Below are positions 26,520-39,544 of a DNA stretch of 64,000 bases, one piece after another. Below the pieces are notes generated by a model that searched no databases, was not told the origin of the DNA, and was given only the letters and a program-made list of their open reading frames with translations. Each line of letters opens with the position of its first letter. The stretch's first letter is position 1. The DNA is taken from NCBI GenBank assembly GCA_964016885.1, contig OZ024742.1:257176001-257240000 (forward strand), read 5' to 3'. The position numbers were made by a program, and so were the translations under genes. This DNA is from Eledone cirrhosa (Eukaryota).

Positions 26520-27175
26520 ACAACTTTTACATTTTTAAACTTTCATAAGTCATGTTGATACAAAAAAAAAATTGTTGCACTTTCAAAGTTAACTCTAACG
26601 CTTCAATTCATACATTTTGACTTTACAACGTTTCACTAAATATGCCACGTAAAAGAAAGTATGCACACATTGGCTAACGGTCGAAGAAAACAATGCGTGT
26701 AAATGACGCTCCGCCGATAACTGAAAATAGACAATCACTAAATGAGGTGAGTACAGTTATTGCAACATCTTTGTCCGCCGCTCACTATGCAATGGTACAC
26801 GCCCTGTGGTTAAAAAACTGTCTCCACTTAGTATCGACGCTACCATTCTATCCAGATGTGGAAAAGGCGAGGATGTGATAATAACAAAAATTAACCTGAC
26901 TACATCGGGCGTGGATACTCCCTTCACCTTTCGTCGATCCCAATTTCCCCTTCGTGTTGCCTTTGTGATGACCATAAACAAATCGCAAGGTCAAACTCTG
27001 TACGTCGCTGGAATTCAATTGGATGAACCTTGCTATTCGCACGGACAATCCTACGTTACCTGCTCACGAGTTGGCAGTCGAGATAATCTCTTTCCGTTTG
27101 TTCCGAAAAGAAAAACAAAATATATCGTATGCTCTGTCTTGAGGAAAGTTGGGCTCTGCCAGGTTTCAAATGATA
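26520..27175 (+). mobile_element. Internally deleted Helitron (PIF1-like helicase C-terminus)
   Basis: FTFRRSQFPLRVAFVMTINKSQGQTL..GIQLDEPCYSHGQSYVTCSRVG at 26806-27150. An MPRKRK-type start lies at 26642. Boundaries are approximate. Confidence 0.85.
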
Positions 27176-29040
27176 ACGTGATGGTGCCCATACACATGCA
27201 TCAGTAGTTAAAGACTCTTCCTTTACCTTTGGGTATTTAGTAATACATTTGTTAAATCACCTGTATATAAGTATGTTTCAATTTTAACGTAATAATATTA
27301 TTTAAGATGCGTTGGGATATTTTCCAAATAATTATTTAGAAATGGTGTCTGTGTCATTCATTAATATAACGAAATGTTGATATAAAAAGGGTACCAAAGT
27401 ATTATTATGAGGTTAAAAAATGATACATTATTTGTGAACGCAAGACATTTGCTTCCCAATCAGTAGTACGAGAACCTGCTGCGAGGAAACGTAGGCCGGC
27501 CTATGAATTTGGAGTGAAACTGGATGTGCGGAAACTTTCTTGAATTCCGTCGGATAGACTATACTTTTAATGGAAAAACCATGTTTGCCACACACTGTGG
27601 CACATCGAACTTTGCTAAGATTTAATTTATGGGTGCACGTTTCTGAAATGCTTAGCGACTTACACATATATTTCCGGTTCAGCAAAGAGTAGGAATACAT
27701 ATTATCGTAACCGACGGCTGTTCATTCCCAAACGACACATGCTTATATGGCTAAATCGGTTTCCTCGTTATGTTTTCAGGTTTGAGGTTACAATATGATG
27801 AATTATCAATAAGAGCATATATCTCAAATGTTGATTGTATTATATAGGTGCAATGAGATATAGGTTAATTCATTCATGAATGCTTTCAAATACCAAGCGA
27901 GTCTCACGAGATTTATATGAAGTAATCTCTATATATTTCTGAAAGGAAGTTGATTGTGCTGATTGTACCTACCTTTCAATTGATTCTCATTTGATCTTCT
28001 GGCATTTGACTCTTTCAATGACATTTAAGTGGAAATATAATTGATGAATGGCAGTTAATATTTAGACATCACAAACATATAATTGCTTTTCTGTGTTATT
28101 AATCGAAAATAGAGCATTTATTGTAACTCGTGCTTATTGAGTAATAATCTTGAGTGTTTTTTTTGTGCGGAAATTTCCAAATTGAATGTCCATGGGGAAA
28201 TATTGGTCTCTTTGAAATCCAAAAAACTTAAGTTAATTTGAGTTTCTGATATACTCATTAAGTGTGGTGGATTCGATCTCTAAATGTTTAGTTCTTGTGG
28301 CCACACCTTACAATGTGTATATAGGTGATATGCCATTATTCCTTTTGATATCAATGAATTCTACAGTATATATATTTGAAGATATTAGACTATTCGAATT
28401 TTCGGATGGATCTGTGTCTCTGAGAAAAATATTTTATATCCCGTTTGTCCAATTAATTCAGCTAGCAAAATGAGTTGCACTTATTATTCAAAAGCCAACT
28501 AAATTCCGAATATATCACAGAACTGTTAGCAATTACAGGTAACTTAGAAACAGGTAATAAGCTAGGTTAATGGTATGTTTTCTCTGCCGATGAAACTAGT
28601 GGAGCAGTCGGCATCAAAACGGAAGTAGACCCCGTCACCCGTTTTATAGCGGCGTAATATCTTGCTAACTATTGAATATAAAAAAGAACTGGTTGATGAT
28701 ACCGTAGGGAAGGTAGCACGTATATAAAGAGGAAGATAGTGTAGATGCGTGGAATATATATATATAGAGAGAAAGAAGCAGTGTGTTGAGCTATTGTTAT
28801 TAAGGTTAAATGCCACACCGTTGGCTATTCATTGGGCAAACTGTTGGTAGAAATCGTTAAAGCGTGTGATTGGGTAATACTTGAAAATTAGCTCCTTTCG
28901 GTTGGTAAGATGTGTCGGAGAATAACAATTGTTCATATCAACAATTATTTCACTAAATACACACACACATACATGCACCCATACAGGCGTGTACACACAC
29001 ACATACGCACATACACACACACACATATATATATATATAC

Positions 29041-29782
29041 ATATATATCATAAAACATGTCTATAGTATCACAAGATAAAATATATACTATTTCCTCTCC
29101 CAATTAGCATAATTAACTATATAAAAATCGAATAGACGAGGCTATACGAATGAGGCTTCTATGAAGGAATCTCCAACAAATAACCAAAACTAGCGCTTCG
29201 CGTCGGCCGTAGTGGAATATTTATCGAATACTTCGACAGCGTAATCGCCCAGATACAGTCAACTAAGCAGAATTAGGTTTAAAATAAACTAGGAGAAAAT
29301 AGAATACATTTAAAAACCTCTACCATGGTTTCGTCCGTGTTTTGAGTTTTCCAATAATTATGTAATAATTATATAAACTCGAACGCCGGATTCTTCAGGA
29401 AGCTCGCTCATATCTAGACATTAAATTTTCCAAAACGATCGCGCCAAGAATTAATTTCAAAATGGCTAAAAATCGTGACGTAGTCGCGGTCAAGTTGGAA
29501 GAGGTGTAGTAGTTGCTTACGACTGGTGGTATTTTTGCTAGAAAGCACAACACAATACAGCCAAATTTGTATCTCAACCCAGTGGGAGATTATTACATAT
29601 AAAAGTTTACATATATATATACATACACATACATATACGTGTTTTGCAACTGGTCACTTTTTGGCTCAATGAAAAATTAATAAATTAAACAATCAGAGCT
29701 ATATATCATAAAATATGTCTATAGATTCAGAAGATAAAATATATACTATTTCCTCTCCCAATTAGCATAATTAACTATATAA
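29041..29782. repeat. ~82-bp direct repeats (29041-29123 and 29701-29782) flanking a pLTR remnant
   Basis: ATCATAAAA(C/T)ATGTCTATAG...TTTCCTCTCCCAATTAGCATAATTAACTATATAA occurs twice. Confidence 0.85.
29317..29402 (-). ncRNA. Type-I hammerhead with long stem II
   Basis: Minus strand: CTTC-CTGAAGA-ATCCG..GAGTTT...AAACTC..CGGAC-GAAA-CCATGG-TA-GAGG. Palindromic stem III and GUA site. Confidence 0.78.
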
Positions 29783-29885
29783 TATGTATATAGGAAGAGA
29801 GATTGAGTGAGGGAGTGAGAGTGAGAGATCGTGTGGTTATATTATAGATATATGTGTGTGTATATAGAGAGAGAGGGATTATATA

Positions 29886-29919
<34 letters not shown>

Positions 29920-29954
29920 CATATATATATACATATATATATACATATATATAC

Positions 29955-30185
<231 letters not shown>

Positions 30186-31996
30186 GTAAAAGAGACAAAG
30201 AAAGACATAGACAGATAGATTCATATGAATATTACATATGTTCACATGACATGCGAGATCATTAGGTAGGTGCTATAATTACATAACCATTTGCCTTAAG
30301 CGTTCATTTGCTGAATAATTTAAATCAATGGGATGATATTCTTTTTGAAGTGCATTTCCATTCTATTTCAACGAACACCACCATCTCCCTTAGTCGTAGA
30401 TATTAATCTTTGTATCTCTTTTCTCCCCTCTCTCGCACAAACACAAAAGCACACACACAGAAACGCATGCACACTCACAAATACACACACACAACACACT
30501 CACACACACACACATATATATATATATATGTATATATATATGTGCGTGTGTGTGAGTGTGTGTGTCCGCGTATAGTTTTCGCTATAACAATAATTTAACT
30601 ATTGTATACATATATATATTCTATTGTATATGGGAAAACTAAGGCTACACCCTATATCTAACGAAAGTAATTCTTTGTAGCCTTTTACTTTGCTACTTAT
30701 TGCCTATGTATTTTGAGAATATGCTGCATTTATATCGTTAATTAGTAATAGCGATTTTTATAAACATGAGATCAATAGCCTAATAGCAATTATCTTTACT
30801 CTATTATTATCAGTATTTTGTATCGTTTATGATATGATAACGGTCATATTTCTGACTTAGTTGAGACGGAGATTGTTTTACAAATGTGAGATGACATACA
30901 GCATCATGTATCTTTTTTTAGGAATATACATGGTTCGTTTTTTAGGTTTTTTAGGTAACCGGAGATTGTATAAGAAATAGAAAGATCTGCAGGAACGTCA
31001 TTTTCTTGGGTAGATTTAAACATTTTTCCATTTTTTCAACAGGAATTCAGATCGACTGTTAGGAACAGGACTGATTAATCGACGTCTTGTTTTCTAAATG
31101 CGATACGTCAAGCTCCTTCTTATCCTTTTGAATCGTTGGCGATTCAAAAGGATGGAATAATGCAATGACTTAGTGAATTTATTGAAACAGGAAAATTGTG
31201 TTGAGAAATGTCAGATAAGTAATTCATAAAGTAATTGTAATATGGTAGATTTTTCATAATTAATCAAGTGAAATTGCATTAATTCACATTACTTGTTTGC
31301 ATCAACACATGTCATTAAAACAGAGGCTATTGTATAATGGTTCACTGTGTTTATAACTTGGATGTTCATCCCCAAAGCGCAAGTAAGCACAAGTTTTTCG
31401 GCTGGGAAATAAATTGTCGCCAATGTTATCTGATCAACACTGTCATCAACATAGAACAAGGAAAATGGAAAATCATATATAGCTCAGCAGTGTCGTTGAT
31501 CGTAACTCATATACACACTATCTATGTTACGTAATCTATAGAAATGAATGGGTCGAAATAGATTTGTCCCAGTGTTGTCTCAACCTATATATACACTTCA
31601 TAGGCAATGTATATGATGTTGTGCACAAGACGACAAATGGCGAAACAGGTTCAAATCCGGGTTATCGCAACCCATTTCTAAACTATATAGACATTACATA
31701 CCAATTCATCCACAAGAGACGGTGGATGCAACAACGATGTTGCTCAAGAGTGAAATATAATGGTTCATAGACTTTGGTGCCTGTGCCGTAGCAAATAAAA
31801 GTTTTCCCATCTGATATAACTGGAGCAACGTTAAATAAAGTGTTTTGCTAAAGTAGTCAACGCAACGCCTGGCCGACTATCGGCTTCAATATTTTAAGAT
31901 AATGAACATAATAACGTAATCATTAAACCACATCACTTCAATAGTACATGACAAACTATGTACTCCATAAATATCATTGTTGGAGATGAGTTAATG

Positions 31997-32290
31997 TAGC
32001 ATGGCCGAATGGTTAGAGAGTTCGATTTGTAATAATTAGATCCCAGATTTGATTCCACCTCCTGTTAATCTATACCGTCTAAGAGTAATCATTTAGACAG
32101 AAATTGTTCGGAACTCTGTCGGACAGATTGTCCCTCCCATTTAAAGGCTCAGCCTTGTCACATACCTTTCTAAGCTGAAGCTTGCTGAATCACGTTAAAG
32201 ATACGCGTGGCTGTGGATACTGACACTCTAATACGCTAATATCATAATAAGGCTATTCCTTTTATCGAACAAATGGAAGATTCGTCTCCA
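31997..32290 (+). mobile_element. Old tRNA-derived SINE
   Basis: AGCATGGCCGAATGGTTAGAG A-box-like head and degenerate B-box GATTTGATTCC. Confidence 0.5.
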
Positions 32291-32838
32291 AAGATTGCGG
32301 GAAATGAAATGTCTTTTGTTGTCAATCATAAGCTTCGTTTAATAAAACTTAACACTTTGACAACGAAAAAATGTCATTAATAATATCAGAGGCATCAGAT
32401 ATCTTACAAAACGCGTTGTACTGCATTACCGAAACAAGTAGAATGTGTTAGAAATGAGTTATTCAATTAAAGCAACATTTATTTTCACTATTTTTTCATT
32501 TCCTTTCAAGCCCATACATGTATTCATTTTTCCTTCAAATTAGGTTGTACAGAATATAGGAATACATTTTCTTTTATTCGTCGTAATGTAATGTCTCTAA
32601 TATCGTGTAAATTGAACATTGCAGTTAATTTGATAAGCATTCAAAACAGTTCCTTCTTTATGCCTCACTACTACACTTCTTCCATCTCTCGTTAGCTAAC
32701 ACTCTTTCTTCCCACCTACGCGATATATTCATTTAAATCTTTCACACTGGCCTCAGCCGGATGGGGGGAGCAAGTAAAGGAGAAAAGAGTATATATATAT
32801 ATATATATATAGGTGTGTGGGGGTATATATATATATGT

Positions 32839-32880
<42 letters not shown>

Positions 32881-33639
32881 GTATAGCGAAACACTGTGTA
32901 TTTTGGATCTCTCTCTCTCTCTGTCCTGCGTTTTCTTGAACTATATATACTCGTGTGTGTGGGGGGGGGGGTACGGTAATTCTATTGGTGAACGCCCATA
33001 GATCATTGGTCATATTATTTTGCATTGCTCTAGATACTTTATCACACTGAATATCCCGGAGAATTTACATTAACATTAACCGTTCTTGTAGAATGTTCGT
33101 TCAATTACACTCTTATTTCGAACAACCGGGAGACTTATTTTATCAGAAATTGAGACCTGTAGAATAATATATCAGCAAGGGAAACATCGAACTTGGCGGT
33201 GGTTCTCTCTACGTGATGTAATACTTTTAGTAAAGTATGTTTTGTATTTGAAGGTGTTACGATTTAATTTCATGGAGCTATGGCAGCTAATTCTAAGAAA
33301 CTAACAGAGAAAGATGTATTTTCCTTACGTTTTATAGCTGTACATTTTAATGGAAAGTGTCGATCTGCAGATCAGACGAATGAAACCTTTTTTTTAATTC
33401 ACCTTTCCATTGCTGGTAATCTCTGTAGGTTACGACTCCCGACAGGAGAAAGAGGTCGATCCTCTGAACAGACAAAGCAGACTAAGCTTCCGTTGACTGT
33501 TTCCTATGCTGATATATTATTCTACAGGTTCCAACTCCCGATAAAAGAAGATGAAATTTAATCTCTGAACGCCTATGGCTATATCAGATGATGAAAGGCG
33601 ACCTGTTTTATTTATTAGCACTTCAACCAATCTATTGTG

Positions 33640-33770
33640 TCTGGACTGGTACCTTATTTATCCACCGCAAATAATTGAAAGACAAACTTGGACTATGTTG
33701 GATTTGAACACACTGAGTAGAGAGCAGGGACAAATAAGGATACATTTTATCTGATGCTATAATGACTCTT
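33640..33770 (-). mobile_element. Diverged Nin/Deu-domain SINE
   Basis: Minus strand GTTCAAATCC...TTTGTCTTTCA...GATAAATAAGGTACCAG. Confidence 0.55.
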
Positions 33771-34709
33771 CACCCCATAAAAATTATTATAATTGTCCCT
33801 CACTAATTCCGATATAATCTAAACTTGTAAAGCTCATACGTTTTATATACTTATTATGTGATAATAGCGTTCAGAAATGCACAATTATTATGATACATTA
33901 GTCAAGATATGCCTGTGATATGTTATGTTTTGCAAGGAAAACTTTTTTTTTATGTTTTAGAATATTTTAAGGTGGATTTTATAACAGATTTCCAATGATG
34001 TGTTTGTTCCAGGTTTTATTTCAGCTTTAAACACGCCATTGTCTTTAAAATCTGTTATCGTCTGTGTTGTTTTGTTTATTCATGTACTAGACTGACAGAA
34101 GAACTATATATGGGGATTTATATGTGGGATGCATATATGTCTGTTATGACAACGAAATTTCCCGTTGCTCGCAAATTCAACGTCCATATGTCTGAACGTT
34201 CCACAGACCCGTTCTCATAAAGAGACAGCGTTATACAATGAGTGAGGACCGCTTCCTCTTTGTAATTGCATGTCATGTTGTCTCGCGAGTGGATTGTGGC
34301 AACAGGAAATAGTGTGACATAAAGCTCAAAGGAATCAGAATAAAGACTTTACGTTCTATAGTCTAATACCCTAACCACGAATGCGCGTGTCATCACCCGA
34401 TCAGACCTATAGTGATAGTGATTGCGTGCTGTCTTTGTTTAGGTAGCTAATTTAAGAGCTTATAGAACTACAGTGAAAGAAACCTGGTGGAGTGTTTATG
34501 AAGTTAGCTTTTCAAATATTGGTTCGTCAGCTGGTTACCACTGTCTTCCATATAGGGAAAGTGTCCTTTCCTAAAATATAGCGCTGACACATGTCTTGCG
34601 GAGAAATTGTGCAGCTGGAAACAGTGCGAATGTCCATCGGATGGATTGTAAATGTTATTCAAAGAGTTTCCCTCGTTCCGCAATCTCACATGCATTATCT
34701 CCCTTAGAA

Positions 34710-34900
34710 CGAGGGCGGTGTATTGGCAGTATCGGTAGAGGGTCAGACGCCGTGCTTTGCAGCAAAGAGTTACGGCCCTTTATGGTATGAGTTCAAATCC
34801 CGCCGAGGTTAACTTTGCCTTTCATCCCTACGGGGTCGATAAAATAAAGTACCAGTAATACACTGGTATAATTTCTGGCCTTGTGCCAAAAGTAGAAACA
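34710..34900 (+). mobile_element. Full-length Nin/Deu-domain tRNA SINE with perfect 16-bp TSD
   Basis: A/B boxes and Nin core. TSD ATTATCTCCCTTAGAA at 34694-34709 and 34901-34916. Confidence 0.92.
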
Positions 34901-35785
34901 ATTATCTCCCTTAGAATTGAATTAAGATGTTAGCTAACTGTGGAAGATTTAATCACACAAGCACTTACATATTAATTTCATGAGCAGGATGGTCATTTAT
35001 CCAAAGAAAAGGGACACTGGTCATCGAAACAGACAAAGATACAATGCTAGAACTTCATTAACCAAGTCGTTACTTTCAAAATTCTAGGCTGTGATTTGAT
35101 AGATGGTTTCTTATAATTTTTTGAAGGTTGAGAATCGAAAAAGGTCATACCTGCCTCTTAATATATAATTTTTTGAAAATAGGTTTTCCCTATACTACCT
35201 TCCTGAAAAATCCAAATATCATGCTATTTAACCGATTTATCATGTTTATGAGACACTTTCCGTATTACAATATATTATTGAATATATTAAAAACAGAAAC
35301 ACTGATCACACAGAATAATTTCGAAATTATTTCGAAATTTAAATGTTGCATGAAAAGCTAAATCTATGAAAAATAGGGAAATACTGTTTACATTGGAGAT
35401 GAATAAAACGGTTTGTGTTGCATAATTAATCAAATGTATTAGTGACATTGGGTAATGAGGCATTTGGATAGGTTTACATGTTACGTGACAATAGCTCTTT
35501 GTGAATGGCAAATTAAAGTAATTATTCTAAAAGGAGTTTTATTTCTGAACGAAAATATATTAAAACGGATTAATGAAACGAATATTTATGAGAAAGGCCG
35601 TTTTTAGTTATTTATTTCTCTGATTCGTGTTCTTTTAAAACATATTCGCATGCTTCTAGCCTGTTTTCAAAGAATATCTAACAATCAAATAAACTCTCGA
35701 GTGAGTTTTCAATGAAAAACAAAAACAAATGATAAATATTATTAAGATAAGCATTATATGTATACACACGCAAACCCACCCACAC

Positions 35786-35856
<71 letters not shown>

Positions 35857-35927
35857 TTATATATATATAATATGTATACATATATATACATATATAAACA
35901 TATATATATATATTTATATATATAATT

Positions 35928-35983
<56 letters not shown>

Positions 35984-35996
35984 AATATAATATATA

Positions 35997-36081
<85 letters not shown>

Positions 36082-36539
36082 ATTGGGTAAAACCCCAAGA
36101 TAAAACACAAATTAGGAATTCCATTTGAAATGTAAAAACTAAATGTAGTTTATAAGAAATGAAATATATAGAAACAAATGTTTCGTTTTGTATGAGCGGA
36201 AATTTATCAAAAGAATACGAAGGCAAGAAATGAAATAACGTAGTTTAAAATTTATCAAAGTATACGAATATTATGAATAAATATATTATGAATTATATGT
36301 GAATATGTACGACAGGACTTTCTTCTATATGTGGCTTATATAAATTTAAATCGAATTCCTTTTGTACGCGATTAACGAGCCATTTCATCCGACGAAAATT
36401 ACGTGTTATTCGAAAAACACTCAAAGAATTATACATATATGTTTGTATATATATATGTTTGTATATATATGTTTATATATATATTTATATATTGTTCTAT
36501 ATATACGAATACACACACACATGCATACACACACACACA

Positions 36540-36587
<48 letters not shown>

Positions 36588-36619
36588 TACACACACATAT
36601 ACATACACACACACACACC

Positions 36620-36679
<60 letters not shown>

Positions 36680-36680
<1 letters not shown>

Positions 36681-36870
36681 TTACGTTATTCCGGGTTGAA
36701 TCGGAGGTAACCGCAGTAAGTAAGGTACTCAATACATAGCTGAGTATAAACGTTCTAATATAGATGAGATTCTACAGGACTAGGACTGTTTCATTCTTTA
36801 GAAATCATCCTGATGATTTCTAAAGAATGAAACATTACTAGTCCTGTAGAATATCATCTATATATATTAT
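36680..36870. mobile_element. Fold-back pLTR insertion with hammerhead 36810-36852 (+)
   Basis: Near-perfect palindrome 36757-36868 centred at about 36810. CTGATGA-TTTCTAAAGAAT-GAAA-CA(G/T)...CTG-TA-GAAT. Confidence 0.78.
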
Positions 36871-37984
36871 ATATATATTTATAAATAAACATTTATCTCT
36901 ATGAATATATATATAATTATGTGTGGATATGTGTGTGCGGAAGTGTGTATGTACGTGTGTATAGGTATATATCTGTATTAACTTCCCTTTCACAATAGCT
37001 GAGCACACAATTGTTGGACATTTATGCATGATTTTGTTTGTCAATGCCGCCCTTGTTTCAGCTTCATGTCGTGTTGCTTTATCATCTTGGATTTAGCAGA
37101 ATATTAAAATGTTGTGAAATACATTCGCACCTTCCCATATAGATCTCATGTTTATTTCATCACTATATTAAATATTTGGTCGCACTTGAACTACAAGTTA
37201 TTGGCATATATAGATATGAATTATGGTAACGTTGACAATTGGTAGTGACATTCTCTTTGAGGCCTGAACCAGCTATCAATATCAAAATTTGTTACAAAAT
37301 CTTCAAGGATTGTTTATATTACGCTTGTTACCTTGGACTTCGAATTGATAGTTCATATCGACGAACTTGCAATGTTCTTTCATTAAATTGCATAATTTTG
37401 TTTTCTGTCCATATGTATAGGACATCCAAATCTCATTGTCAGAGGGTAGCATCTGGCGTTTTCTTGAGTTTCCATGCTACTGCCGTGTCGTAAGCATAGT
37501 TAGTATGTGTATCTGTCTGTAGAAAGAACTGCAAACCTGGGATCTAAGATAACTCATTGAGGCATGCCACTCCATATTAATATTCTATTTTGAGAATATC
37601 CCATTACATTTGACAACTTGGTTTCTATAGTTAACAAGTAATGCTTCCATTCTCCTAGTTTTCACATTATGCCAATACTACGTATTTTGTGTCACATCAT
37701 TCCATAATTCAACTTGTACAAAGGACTAGGAAGTCGTTATATATGCGATATTCGTTTGAGCCATTTAGCATCATTTTAAGTGCCCGAATATTATGACAGT
37801 AGCACTATGTAAACAGCTTCTTTCTGAACGTACATTATTGGAATAATGAAGTGTTGATGTGACAAATTAATTTATAAAACAAAACTCACTCACCTGATTT
37901 GGTGCTCCGCCTAAATGGATAATTCTTGCGTATATCATCTCTATCATATATATATTTTATATATATATATATATTTATATTTCT

Positions 37985-38427
37985 TTAGGATTGTTGGTTC
38001 ACCACTGGATAGAACTGGTCATTCCGTATAGTCAATCCTGGTGTAATATTGTGAAGAGTACTCAACACAGTGCAGTTCACCCATCTTCGTTTGTGTAGTT
38101 GGTGGTGCGAATACGGAGTTAATTATAAATGAAATAAAATAACAGGAGGCTGGACTGGTGTAAATCTTTGAAAGGTTTATAATACTATGATCGGGTTGCA
38201 TATGAATCCGGTGATATCATCAGGTATTGGAATATAACAATGGAATATGTAAAAAACCATGGGACCTAAAAATCAGAGACAGAGACAGAGACAAAGAGAA
38301 CAACTGACCAAATAGCTTCTCGGCCAGACGCCCTCAAAGTATTGGCAACTGAATCTATCAATAAATATCTGGTGAGGGGGCGAAGGCTTATAATGCACTA
38401 GCACCACTCCGTCAAAGAAGAAGGGGA

Positions 38428-38478
<51 letters not shown>

Positions 38479-39522
38479 GGAGAAATAAGTGTAGTGTAAG
38501 GGTCATACTACATTCATGCTAGAAAATGCCGCGAAAAAATGCTATCTCAAAGAATCTATAATGGGTGTCTGTATGGTCTAATGTGCGAACCGAAGATTGG
38601 AACGTTAAACTTATGTTACGAGTTATAGGATGAAATTAAATTAAATTAAAAATATTAAATTGCAAAATGATAAATTGAAAAATAAGTTATTAGAGAATTA
38701 AAAATTAATGTAGCGAGATGTATTTATTTAATGGACTTACGGAGAGAGTCTTATATGAAAAACATTTTTCATATAAGACTCTCTCCGTAAGTCCATTAAA
38801 TAAATACATCTCGCTACCTTAATTTTATATTCTCTAATAACTTATTTTTCAATTTATCATTTTGCAATTTTATATTTTTAATTTAATTTAATTTGATCCT
38901 ATAACTCGCAACATAAGTTTAACGTTCCAATCTTCGGTTCACACATTAGACCATACAGGCACCCATTATAGATTCTTTGAGGTAGCATTTTTTTGCGGCA
39001 TTTTCTAGCATGGCCTGAGGAAGGAAAAGTTACAAAAAAATAACAAATGCAGCATACAAAGATAAAATACCAATATAAAGATAGAATACATTGATAAAAA
39101 TATATTAATAAAATAATAAAAAAATAAAATAATAAAATAATAATAAAAATATACATTAATGAAATAATAAAAAAATTAATAAATGTAAATAAGAATCAAT
39201 ATAGATCAAGTTGTAGTAAGATAATACAAGTTGACGGAGTGGTGGTAGTGCATTATAAGCCTTCGCCTCCTCACCAGATATTCATTAGTAGAACCAGTTG
39301 CCAACTCTTTGAGGGTGACTGGGCGAGAAGCTAGTTGGTCAGTCTTCCTCTTTGTCTCTGTCTCTGATTGTTCGGACCCATGGTTTTTTACATATTCCTT
39401 TGTTATATTCCAACACCTGATGATATCACGGGATTCATATTGAACCCGGTCATTGAAATGATCATAGTATAATAAACCTTTCAAGGATTTATACCAGTCC
39501 AGCCTCCTGTATTTGATTTCAT
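37985..39522. mobile_element. Large fold-back of a PLE 3' UTR/pLTR, centre about 38763
   Basis: Inner arms about 38513-38762 and 38765-39013 with almost no spacer. Outer arms about 38125-38420 and 39230-39522. (TA)n flanks. Confidence 0.85.
39412..39470 (+). ncRNA. Type-I hammerhead with extended stem II
   Basis: CTGATGA(39417-39423)-..CGGGATTCA/TGAACCCG..-GAAA(39455-39458)-TGATCA-TA-GTAT. The inverted copy at about 38180-38228 keeps stem I AATAC/GTATT but has lost GAAA. Confidence 0.75.
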
Positions 39523-39544
39523 CTATATATATATATATATATAT

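Noticed and set aside
27428-27790. Possible host exon
   Set aside because: No recognisable protein in the frames I read and no clear splice signals.
34710-34800. tRNA gene
   Set aside because: The A/B boxes belong to a SINE head and there is no cloverleaf.
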